This document shows, one piece after another, positions 50,011 through 61,244 of a DNA stretch of 64,000 nucleotides. The notes under the pieces are model-generated. The model saw only the letters and a program-made list of their open reading frames with translations, did no database searches and was not told the origin of the DNA. The stretch is from Botryllus schlosseri (taxonomy: Eukaryota), in assembly GCA_051294905.1 (NCBI GenBank), contig CM119371.1, positions 2,854,001-2,918,000 of the forward strand, written 5' to 3'. Numbering within the stretch: the first letter of the stretch is position 1; each line of letters opens with the position of its first letter. The translations under genes were made by a program, and so were the position numbers.

Positions 50011-50997
50011 CAGTGATTCTGAAACGAGGGGGGCGTGAAAGCATCTGAAGGGGGCGGGAAGCTGCAGTCAAATGAAAAAAATGGCTGCATTCTGCGCGTT
50101 TTACCTCCAATTTATACTTATTGCTCTGTGTATAGGTTCGAATTTCATAGTAGAGGATTCTCACATCAACAGTCATGATCAGGGCAATTATTTTTTGACA
50201 TGTCAAAAAAACTCAAAATTAGGTCAAAATCGTCGCGTTAGGTCAAAAAATGTCACATTTGTTTACAAAGTTATAACTTTTTGCAACCTGCGTTTCGTTC
50301 ATATTGTAGGTTTCACACTGTCAGTAAACTTTTCATTTGACATTTTACCGCTTTTAGTCTACTTTATAGGTCTATCGTTGTCGGCCCATTGTCTAGTCAT
50401 TGTGAATAATGAACATTCAATTGAAACAAATAGGTCGACATGATGTTATGCTCAACGTACCGGAATATCCAAACTGAAGCAAGACTGCGTGGGCATTGCA
50501 TGGTTCTTATATCAAGAAGGGTTGTATTACTACACATTTTAATTATTTCTACCATAATGCGTGATATAACTACTACAATTCTTCATAGGGCCAGATTTTG
50601 GTCAAATGAGTTTTTTCGTGTAAAAATTTGTGAGTTATTGAGGCGGAAAAGTATTTTCAGGCCTAACTATTCGGCCATGACACAGTTCCAACCAGAAGTG
50701 AAGATAAGAAGCCCACAATTCTAACGTTATGTGGGCAAACATCTAATTTGCATATGTTACGTCGAATTCGATCAAAATTAATATTTTTAGGTCAAAAAAT
50801 GTCTAAATTTTGATTTTTTAGGTCAAAATCTTTCATTTTTAGGTACAAAAAATCAACCTAGTCAAAACCATCCATGTCATCAAACTCTCCGTTGGGATTG
50901 TCACCATTCTGATTGCATTTGTGATATGACGATAAGGGGGGCGTGAAAATTTTCACTATCAAAAGGGGGCGTGTCCAAAAAACTTTAAGAACAGCCG
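50011..50997. mobile_element. hAT MITE containing a third TAGGGCGATTTTT-family copy (50180-50860)
   Basis: cagtgattctgaaac / tttaagaacagccg. An uninterrupted relative at 52408-52690 shows the empty site. Confidence 0.8.
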
Positions 50998-51130
50998 TTC
51001 TAGATCTAATTGAAGTTGCAAATTTTGCAAAACGAGTGCAGATTTTGGAAATCCAGTGGTTTGTTAAAGTCTGGTTACGGTGACGGAATAGTGATTTGAA
51101 ATTACGTTAGACGTGAACGAGTCTACCAAC

Positions 51131-51260
51131 GTTTTCCTTACCGTTCAGTGAGTCGATACAATTTGCCACTTTGTCGAAGGCGAGGTCTTGAATTGGACGA
51201 GAGCATGTCCAATGTCGATGGTGGAATCGATGGCGATCTGAATAGAAGATGTCAAAGATG
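51131..51260 (-). pseudogene. RBM28: RBM28-like pseudogene copy 2, RRM C-terminal half
   Basis: IGHALVQFKT / DKVANCIDSLNGKEN|gt; shares ggtcttgaattggacgagagca with 36977-36998. Confidence 0.72.
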
Positions 51261-51840
51261 TGATAGCAACGTATTGAAATATATGAATACGTGTCGGAAA
51301 ATCATGTACAATTGTACAGTGTACACGCATCTGAGATCTGATGACCATACGTACAACACACTTGATATCAAGAAAGAAGCATCGAGTTTCTCATTAAATT
51401 CAGCTTTTTGATATATGCTGTCGACTTCCCCACACTTGCAACAGACAAATTTTGAGTTCAGTTCATTGGTCGGCAACCTCTGGGGCCCTAATCCCAAGCA
51501 GGGTCGTAAATTTTCCTGGCGTCGCCATGACTCAACATATCTATCACTGTTTCAATTCAATAGTGAAAATCGGCTAATAGTTTAATTTTTCTATGCTTAG
51601 TTTAGTTCAAGTAAGTAGGCGTGCGGTACTAGCTCTCAACGGACGATGTTCAGTCGGGTGGATTTCTGTCTGAAGCAATCTTAAAATGGCCTTCACTTTA
51701 TCATATTTGTCAGTTGGTCAGACTGATACTGAGATGCCAACCGTTGAATATTGAGGCAAATCTGTCCATAGCGGCAAGTCTCAAGCTGTGATATACAAGC
51801 GTGTTTGTGAGAGCACGACCTGTCGTAGTGGCCTGGAGGA

Positions 51841-53595
51841 CAATGTTGAGATGACTCGAGTCATGACTTGAGACGAGTCATACTTGAGTCACCTTTTTTG
51901 TACGACTTGACTCACCTTGCAAAATTGACTTGACTTGACTCGGCGTTTCAGAAATGCGGATTGACTTGTGACTCGAAGCAAAATTGACGAGTCAATTTCA
52001 AGTCATCAAGAAATCGATGTCTCTAAAAATCACTGCATACTAAAAAAATGTTTCTGATTGTTCTCGCTACGCTTCATTCAATGATTTTGCGTTTTACTGA
52101 ACCTCCATTATTCTATTACACATACATTGACCGCTTACCGCCTTACAGCGTACGTACGTTGTCAGGCCACAGTAGTAAAGTAATATAATAACAAGGTATC
52201 TGTCTCTGTTATATAGACGATCATTGGTGCTAGGTGATCACCTTAACCCAGGGGTGGGCAAACTACGGCCCGCAGCACCGTTCTGTGCGGCCCGCGAGAG
52301 TCTAAAGAAATCGATTAAAAATATTGATAAAATGCGTAGTAAAAATCGAATATGCAGGGACTTGATTAAACTTCTTCTTAGTATATTTCACCATGATAAT
52401 TCTAAGGCAGTGGGTCTCAACCTGGGTGACGCGTGGCCCTTGGGGTCATGAAAGCATCTGAAGGGGATTGCGAAGCTGAGCTCAACTGAAAAATTTTTTC
52501 GCGCGTCGCGCGATTTACTTCCAATTCATATTTATTGCTCTGTATTTAGTATGAATTTCATATTTAAAAATCTCTCATCAATTGTCGTAACCTCCCATGC
52601 CACCAAACTGTCCGTTAGGTTTGCTATAGCATCCTGGTTGCGTTTTGTGATATGATAATAAGGAGGCGCGAAACCTACACATATAGTAGAAGAGTGTTTG
52701 AAGCTAACATGGTTATGATTCTGTCAGCATTGTGTGTCCTGGAACTGAACCCAAAGCGGAATTAGTAAATCTATGAACAGATCACTGCTCACAGATTTAA
52801 ATTTCAATCCTGTTCTAAGATTTGGGACAACATACTTTCATTTCTATAGTTTTGACAAATTGGTTATTGAGGTCGACCAGCCTATGAAATCTCGCCATTG
52901 TTTCTGGCGCGTGTACGATATCATCATAGCAATGTTTGGTTTGTTTCAAATAAGCATATATATTATCTCCATGTCCTCACTATATAATCAAATACCAGCA
53001 ATATTGCGTTTTGGTTTATGATCCCAATTTTATATAGTGCGGCCCGCGATTGGATTCAGATGTTGAATGCGGCCCGCGAGCTCAAAAGTTTGCCCACCCC
53101 TGCCTTAACCAAATCTATTGTATGATCTAGTATTCTAAATCGAATTCGAATATAGTTCACAAGTTGATATTACTAGTCAAGCATCGGCGTAGGCTAACTT
53201 TGTATTTCATGGATATGTTATTAGGTAATGTATCATATCAATTCGTTTCCGTTACCGGTATCTCGGGTTTTGTGTTCTATTCTCTATTTTGGCTATTAAA
53301 TTAAAGACTGCGAATATACAACAGTTACGTATTTTACCAGTACTGTGCATTCGGGAGCTATACAACGCATTTTTCCATGTATATTTATGTCTATATTCAT
53401 CCCTCGATTTAAAATTAATGGCAACTCAATCTGAATTTCGAATTGCTAGCAAAATGCAATGTGATGCCTTGTATTTAGAAAAGACAACTTGACTTGATTT
53501 GCGACTTGACTCGTGACTTGACTTGACTCGAGCCAAAATGCGCAATGAATCAAGATGACTTGTGACTCGAAGGTAGTGACTCGATCCCAACACTG
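51841..53595. mobile_element. hAT-type element with GACTTG/GACTCG arrays
   Basis: caatgttgag / cccaacactg; TSD ctggagga/ctggcgga. Confidence 0.85.
52249..53102. mobile_element. hAT (Charlie/Buster-type) MITE nested in 51841-53595
   Basis: caggggtgggcaaact / agtttgcccacccctg; perfect TSD CCTTAACC. Confidence 0.94.
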
Positions 53596-54094
53596 CTGGC
53601 GGAAGAGACCGACATGACATATTTCGCATCATTCACCAATGACTCAGCAACTACATGATTCTACAATAGAGTAGTGCAAGACACAGATGGGTAGCTTCTC
53701 GCAGCATAGAGGCAACTAAAATGGAACATGGCGGTATTGAAAAATCATTTATTTGCAGTCCCATTATGGTAGTTTACTGAAGAAAATGGCTGCAACCTAA
53801 AATTTTATCACAATTTTATGTTTAATTTGATACAACATCATTTTAGAGCGCATGACCGTTGAAAAGAATTTTTGGAAAATTTTTGTACGACAACATTTCT
53901 GAATAACTGTTGCTTCAGCAATACTTGAAAAACATTTTTTTCGTATTGGAAAACAAAATGAGGTCGCATGTAAATGCTGATTTTATTTTCGTTTTAATTG
54001 GGGTCGCCTATTAAGAAGCTGCCGACCGATGGCCTAGAGTAGGCCAGCCCCACAATACTGACAATTTTTTTGATGAATATTGGACCGCACAAAC

Positions 54095-54240
54095 CTGGTC
54101 GTAAGAGACCGTCCCTGCCAAGATACAAATCCCTCTTGCCATCCTTCTCATTCTATTACTTCTTCCGTTGATCTATCATCCTTTCACGTCTGCTCACAGC
54201 TAGATTACCTTTAATCTCATTCCTGTCCAGGTTGTTGCCC
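54095..54240 (-). pseudogene. RBM28: RBM28-like orphan exon with the best-preserved signature motif
   Basis: NLDRNEIKGNLAVSRRE...KK**NEKDGKRDLYLGRDGLLRP(G)|gt versus recalled LDGRQLKVDLAVTRDE...RNLYLAREGLIRAG. Confidence 0.85.
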
Positions 54241-54664
54241 TTCAATCGTAGTCACAAAGTCACAAATATGTTTACAGACAGATTTGTACAATAGGGGTGA
54301 TAAAAAAAAACCTTTATTCAAATTTCATCGGCTTGATTGTCAAATCGTTAGGTTATCTTAATTAAAATAACGTTTTACACCAAATTTTACTCATTTCCAA
54401 CCGGTAGATGCCGAGGTCATTCAAATTGAAATTTTTTTCGTTTTATAAATAATAGTATTTACGATGACCTATATCGTCACACCGACATGACCAAAAATCG
54501 TGTTCCAGGTATGCCTGAAGTGGCAGGCATGTCTTTTTCACTTGTTTTGATCTTGACAAGGGCCTATGGTGGAGTGTGGATGAAGACATCGCCAGTAAAC
54601 GAAAAAAAGATATGACATGGATTAGCTGGAAATTAGTCCACGTCACTGAAATAGACACGTTAAA

Positions 54665-56609
54665 AATCAATTCATGGTCGAGTCACTCAGGTACTTGATT
54701 TTCACAACCCTACTCGTGAGTAGTACAAGGAGATTGTCAGTGGTCATCAACTCTCACAAAACATCATTATTCAATAATGAGTGGCAGCATCTCTAAATCT
54801 ATTCGGGTGGCCAACAAGTTACAAACCCCTTGGGAGTGTATTTTTTCACATACTTATTCAGGCCCCGCCGAGTATTATATTATTTACTGGTATGCAGACT
54901 TGTGTAAGCTACCAATCTGGATAGTTGAAGGTCAACTAAAAACTGGGTTTTTGATTAGTTCAAGTGGATTTTGAAAAGTGAGTAGTTTTAGTTACAGTAG
55001 CGCATTAAAAAACTGGTTGCCAATAACTGGAAAACTCACGTCATCGTTTTGCGTGAATCGTGATACCGTCTTTGTGTTGCGTGATGTTCTTGCAGCCATT
55101 TCTAGCTCAGAGTCATCACTAAAGACACTGCCGTAGGGGTGATAGGGGTTGAAAGCCTTCCCATTTTAACTAGAAACCCTTACTTTTAGAAGTGACGATT
55201 CTGTATCCAATATTTCCTATCTCGTTAGCGTAAAGGAAAAATGATACCATAAAATGAAACAGAAAACGAGAAAAGGTAATGTCAAAGTCCTTCCGACTCC
55301 ATCTTTGTTGAAAGTCATCTCGAGAATCCACGATAACTGCACCATGTCGATCTTTGAATTGGGACAGGAGAAGCTCCTGAAAACATAATGGAATCACTTT
55401 ATCGAAGTACTCCTCAGAGTAAACGAGTTAGTCACACAAAACGGCTACAGACAAAATATAGAACAGCGCTTCTCTACGTTATCAGCTTGTGTAACGGTAA
55501 AATTTCTAAAAATCAAGATCAACACAGAATGTAATGACGACAACATCATGCAATTTGACACCAAGAATCTTAACATTAATCAAATGAGAAATTTGCTACT
55601 GTCCGTTTGATATCACACCTGTTATATCAGGTCTCATTGAAGTCTCTGAGAGACGGGATAAAACCAATAACTCACTTTATACCATTTGGTGTATTTTGGA
55701 AGAAACGCGACCAAAGGTTTGCCGGATAAATAATACTGTCAAATATCGCTAATTTGGTACTTTAGAATGTCCTCAAATTTCGGAAAGTATTTATGACTCA
55801 TGACTGGTCTTTAACGAGTTGTAGGCTACTTTGAAACATGGTACAGCAGTAACCGCACTTGAAGCATTGTTCGCTGAAGACTTCCAGGTTAGCATAAGGT
55901 ATCGCCAGGTTACAAAAGGTTAAGAACCACTGCTCTAGTCATTTAGTATACTACCTTGATGATAGCACTTCATATAACACACACATATTTCAGCAAAGAA
56001 GTTGTGTCCAGATAATCAGTTTAACGATAGACTTGTGTCATAGTTATGAATGGAAATTGTTAACTTGACGGATCGAATACTCTCAACCGATGCTACTTGT
56101 TCGATGTTCTTATGCGAGGACAGTGGTTCTTAACGTTTACTAACCCGGTGAACCGTTACATTAATCTGAAAGCATTTGGAGAACCCCATATTTTCGGCAA
56201 GTCACTAATAAGCTACCAGGTAACACATCTAATACACGACCGTACTAGAGAATACTGGTCCAATGAATCAATTTTGCATTACCATCACTGTTGAAGGAAA
56301 AAAAACATATAACATGATCACACAGCATATATTACAGTAAATGATTGAAACTTCTGCTGTATGAGTCTGGTTCAGAATGACTTGGACAACTAAATAATTC
56401 TGGTTGTTTGATTTCACTAATTATAGGAAAATTTCGGTAATATAATTATAACAAAATTAGTGAAATTTTTCTTTGCTCTAATTCTAATCCGATTTCTTAA
56501 TTATAATGTATTTTCTGGTTCACCCAGAAATGCTACAGGAGAACTGGACCGTGCAAAACGAGTCGAGCGTAATGTGCATACATTTGTCAGCGTCATGCTT
56601 ATGAGAATA
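54665..56609 (+). repeat. Segmental duplication, copy B (partner 30621-32927), including a truncated RBM28-like exon at about 55290-55376
   Basis: Colinear with copy A but lacks the segments at about 31189-31398 and 31459-31619. Confidence 0.95.
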
Positions 56610-57586
56610 TGCACTCTTAGCGAAAAGAGTGGGTATACTCACCCCAAAAGGTGGTACACGAAAACAGAACTTACGTAACCCTGCGGGTGTATATGACCAG
56701 AATCCGCCCCATTCCTTGCGGTGTATATCGCATATCTCACCCTAGCCATTAGAATTGATAGGGGCGGAATTTCAATATATACACCCTACTTGAAATCCTG
56801 TATCTTCTGCCAAATGACACACTATTGCAAATAAACATTCTTGATTGCAATGCATATATTCGATATCAATTGAACCATATTAACATAAAATGGAAACATA
56901 GTTCGTGAAATAACAAAAACAGAGATCCCAGCGACGGAGAAAAAAATTCACTGAAAATACTGCTCGAAGAATATTGCCCCTGTAATATTGGGAAGCCGCC
57001 TCCTCCAGGTTTCCTCAAAACACTCTTTGTACAGCGAAGGTTGAGTCACTATCTTCAGCAAGAACTTGTGGCATCATCCTGAAATCAAAATGCATACTCA
57101 CAACCCAATTAACAGGCACATATGCTATGATAACTTAACGAAGTCCACAAAAATAGAAGCCGTTACCAGGTATATATATTTTCAGAGTACTTACAATAAA
57201 TCAGATGTTTCACTCGCTAAGGCATTGCAGTACAGACTGTGGCCCGATACTGTGAACTTACCGCTATAGGAAACATATTCACACACGATCACTGATGTGT
57301 GGGCAATTAGGCATCGACAAGATGGAAATTTATGGATAAACTGCATGTACCAGGCAGACTTGGACAGGACAACTAGAAAATGTTCCCTTTTTCCAAATTA
57401 GATTTTTTTTTCGAATTAAAATTATAGCTACACAGTTTGAAATTAGAATAAAATTATAATTCTAGCTAACAAATTAGATTAGAATTAGCATGACTGAATC
57501 GAGAAAAGTTGAATCAAACTCCGTTAATATCAAATCATAGTTCATCTTATAAGCATGAGAATAGCAAATGTCTGTACACTGTACAG

Positions 57587-58524
57587 TAGGGTTGTTCAAT
57601 AAAAACCTTTTTTACCAAATCTCACTCGCTTAGTGTTTAAATTATCAGGTTGTCTAAGAAGACGATGCACACCAAATTTGACTCAATTCCAACCAGTAAA
57701 GGCCGTGCAATCTTGAATTGAAATTTTTAATTTATTAGGAAAAAAATGAAAAAAATTTCAAATTTTCCTGTCAACCTCATGAAATTGTTGGGTTGTCTTC
57801 AAAAACGCTGCACACCAAATTTGACTCAATTCCGACCAGTAAAGGCAGTGCAATCTTGAATTGAAAGTAGAAGGAGAGCTATTTGAGTTTTTCGTTGATA
57901 ATCCCCAGTCCAATGGGGATTCCAACTAGTAGAAGCAGAGCTCTATGAGTTTTTCGTTGATAATTCCCATTGAATTATTGCTACATTGCATTGCCGCATC
58001 GCTACAGGAGAAGAAAGTTTTTGTTTATTATATGAAAATGAATAAAAAAAGACTTGAAATTTTCTGTTCACCCCATTAAATTGTTAGGTTGTCTATAGAA
58101 ACAATGCTCAACCGATTTGGCTCAATTCCAACCAGTGGAAGCGGTTGGATTTGAATATTATAGCATTTAAGGGGACTGATTCTTTAATCATTTATTACAA
58201 TTGTGGCCACCGTAAATACTATTTTATTCAATTTAAATTTTTTCGACATCAATAACTCCGCTTCGGCTGGTTTGTATTGAACCAAATATGGTGGGCATCG
58301 TTTCTATAGAAAGCCTAACAGTTTCCTGGGGAGACGGAAAGTTTTGAATTTTTTTCACTCATTTCTAAATAATAAATAAAAAAACTTCCTTGTGCAGCAA
58401 TGCGGCTTCTGGTTGGAATTGAACCATATTTGGTGTGTAACCTTCGATTCGCTAATCTAATAATTTCATCATATCATACAAGTAGCCAGTAAAATTTGAG
58501 AATAAAATCATTTTAACACCCTTA
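57587..58524. mobile_element. Quasi-palindromic TIR element (TTGGCTCAATTCCAACCAGT motif family) nested in a TAATTC-array element (about 57355-58735)
   Basis: tagggttgttcaa / ttaacaccctta; TSD ctgtacag/ttgtacag; internal inverted repeats. Relatives at 59630-60297, 23990-24430 and 18360-18470. Confidence 0.8.
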
Positions 58525-59423
58525 TTGTACAGCAAGCTTGGCCGTTTCGCACTATACAGTTCTGCTGTAGCATTTCCAAGAAAACCAAACATTAAATTAG
58601 AAATGAAACCAGGCTATAGAAAGATTTCATACATTCGATTAGAATTGGAATTAGAGCTTAGAAACATTTCACAAATTAGAATAGCTTCATTTAGTATAAT
58701 TAGACAACTAGAATATCTATAGTTGTCCAAGTTCGGCAACACCGCTCGTATCAGAAATAACTGAATATATTTTGAAGATTCTTTCTGTTAGAAGTGTCAT
58801 ATGCCATTAGTAATTTTATATTAGTCGCAAACATTCATATGGTAATTTTCAAAGTAGAAACCACCGAAAAACTGCTTACCATACTTGCCTATTTTTCCGA
58901 CATTTCGTATGCTACTTCTACTTGACGTAGCTTTGACTTGTACTGTGGACTGTTGCATCTACTTGTAATCGAGTATAAATTGACGACGGTATTTCTACAT
59001 CAACTTGAGTAGCAACGCTGGTAACTTTGACCATCTCTGCTTTGGTTTACCTCATATATGCGACTACGAAAGTTGACATCAGGTGTCGCTAACAAAGTTG
59101 TCATACCTGCTGGCTTGATAACGAGTCTTTCAGTTTTCGCATCATACCCTCAGACTCCGTTAGTTCCTGTGATAGAATCTTGCTCTTGCAGCATGCAGTC
59201 TTTAAGCAGCATGCTAAATTTGAAGAAAATCAGAGAAAGACATGCATGGACTTGATTTAAATCTGACTACTTGGTATTATTACAAAACACGAAACGTTTC
59301 CTGGTTGGGCAATATTAACTTTCAGAGTGGATTCAAAGCGACCACAGATACTAGTCTGATTATACAAACCTTGACTTGCCTCATATATGGGAATTAGCAA
59401 ATTAGCTGGAAGCTAATGATTAC

Positions 59424-59540
59424 CTTGCAATATGTGCTGTTTGATGAAGGTCCATCACTGTTTCGAAGCATACGGTTTTACGGTTCAATGCGACGTCGAC
59501 TTGGTTGATATGCCCTGACATGATCGTGTATCATAACATC
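59424..59540 (-). pseudogene. Exon-like segment, duplicated (partner 61127-61244), identity unresolved
   Basis: Both copies have a ttttttcaattttag acceptor and a gtaatc donor; the frame shared with the partner copy is disrupted. Confidence 0.5.
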
Positions 59541-59629
59541 CTAAAATTGAAAAAATAACCACGAAGTATAAACGTTTAGTTGACAACTTGGATTGGATTC
59601 TAAACTCCCAAGTCATCTGATATGTGCAC

Positions 59630-60297
59630 TAGGGGTCTTCAAAAATGACTTTTTCTCTCAAATCGTACTGGCTACTTGATAAAATTGTTAGGTTACCTAA
59701 TTGAAGCCTGCACACCAAATTTGGTTCGATTCCAACCAGTAGCCGCATTGCTACAGGAGAACAAAGTTTTTTACTTATCAGGCCTATATGAAAATGAGTA
59801 AAAAAATATTTAAAATTTTCTGTTCACCCATTATATTGTTAGGTTTTTAATAGAAACAATGCTCAACTGATTTGGCTCAATTTCAACCAGTGGAAGCGGA
59901 GTTATTGGCGTTGAAAAATTTTGGATTCCAGTAAAATAGTATTTACGGTGACCGATTTTTTAAATCATTTCTTACAGTTGTGCCCACCGTAAATACTATT
60001 TTATTCAAATCCAAAATTTTCGACATCAATAACTCCGCTTCGGATGGTTTGAATTGAGGCAAATTTGGTGGGCATTGTTCATAGACAACCTAACGGTTGC
60101 ATGGGTTCACATAAAATTTTGTATTTTTTTGACTCATTTTTACATAATAAATAAAAAAAACTTTCGTCTCCTGTAGCAATGCGGCTGCTGGTTGGAACCG
60201 AACCAAATTTAGTGTGCAAGCTTCAATTAGGTCACCTAACAATTTCATCAAGTAGCCACAAGAATTTGAGAATAAAAAGTCATTTTTGAACACCCTG
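59630..60297. mobile_element. Quasi-palindromic TIR element, same family as 57587-58524
   Basis: taggggtcttcaaaaatgacttt / aaagtcatttttgaacaccctg; arms are largely reverse-complementary. Confidence 0.85.
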
Positions 60298-60520
60298 CAG
60301 TACAGCAAGCTTGGCACGTTTCGCACTATACAGTACTACTGTAGCATTATCAGGAAAACCAGACATTGGATTATAATTAAAATTAGACCATAGAAAGATT
60401 TCATAAATTCGATTGGATATAGGACTTTGCTATGAATTTAATATTGATTCAAAACACGTTTGAAACGTTTCCTCCTCAGGAAATATTGACTTTCAGAATG
60501 GATTCAAAGGGACCACAGAT

Positions 60521-61034
60521 CAGGATTGTACTGGCTCGAGTCATGAATTGACTCGACTCACGAATTTCTGATGACTCGACTTGACTCGAGTCATTTTCTC
60601 AAAATATGGAAATGACTCGACTCGAGTCAATCAGTGTATTGACTCGACTTGGACTTGACTCATTGCGCATGACTCGAACCTAGTCATATGACTCAAGATT
60701 CAGACGGCCAAAACCTACATTTCTTTGAAATTTCGGAGAATAGTAAAGTAACCTCACTATTTAGATTACGCCTATTGGTACTGGTACTTAAAATTTCGAC
60801 CAGTGAGGGAAATTTGTATATTTATAAATGCGAACCATTCGATATCACCAAACAGAGTTATAAAAAGTGGATTGAACAATATTTCAACTGGAAGCTGATC
60901 AGTCAACACAATGACTTGGACTCGGATTCGAGTCATAATACCATGACTCAGTGGTCAAAGAAAAATGACTCGACCTGACTATATTAGTGAGATTGACTTC
61001 TGATTCGGAGCCTCGTGACTTGGTTACAACCCCG
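60521..61034 (+). mobile_element. GACTCGAGTC-family MITE
   Basis: Perfect TSD CCACAGAT; the empty site is visible in the duplicate at 59342-59349. Confidence 0.93.
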
Positions 61035-61126
61035 CCACAGATAGATGTCTAACTGTGTCTTGATTTGAAAACGTTGACTTGTCTTATACTTCGAAATTAG
61101 CAAATTATCTGGATGATAATGATTAC

Positions 61127-61244
61127 CTTGTAATATAAGCTGTTTGATAACGATCCTTTACTGTTTCGCATCATACGCTTCTACCGTTAAATGCGACGTC
61201 GATTTGGTTGAAATTTCCCGATATTTTGCTTGTATAGCAGCATC
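61127..61244 (-). pseudogene. Exon-like segment, duplicated (partner 59424-59540)
   Basis: DAAIQAKYREISTKSTSHLTVEAYDAKQ*RIVIKQL; a related GYDAKTERLVIKP occurs at about 59110-59150. Confidence 0.5.

Noticed and set aside
29145..55376. Alternative genetic code or programmed recoding rescuing the RBM28-like exons
   Set aside because: All three stop codons, frameshifts and a lost splice donor occur, mostly at different positions in different copies, as expected of neutral decay.
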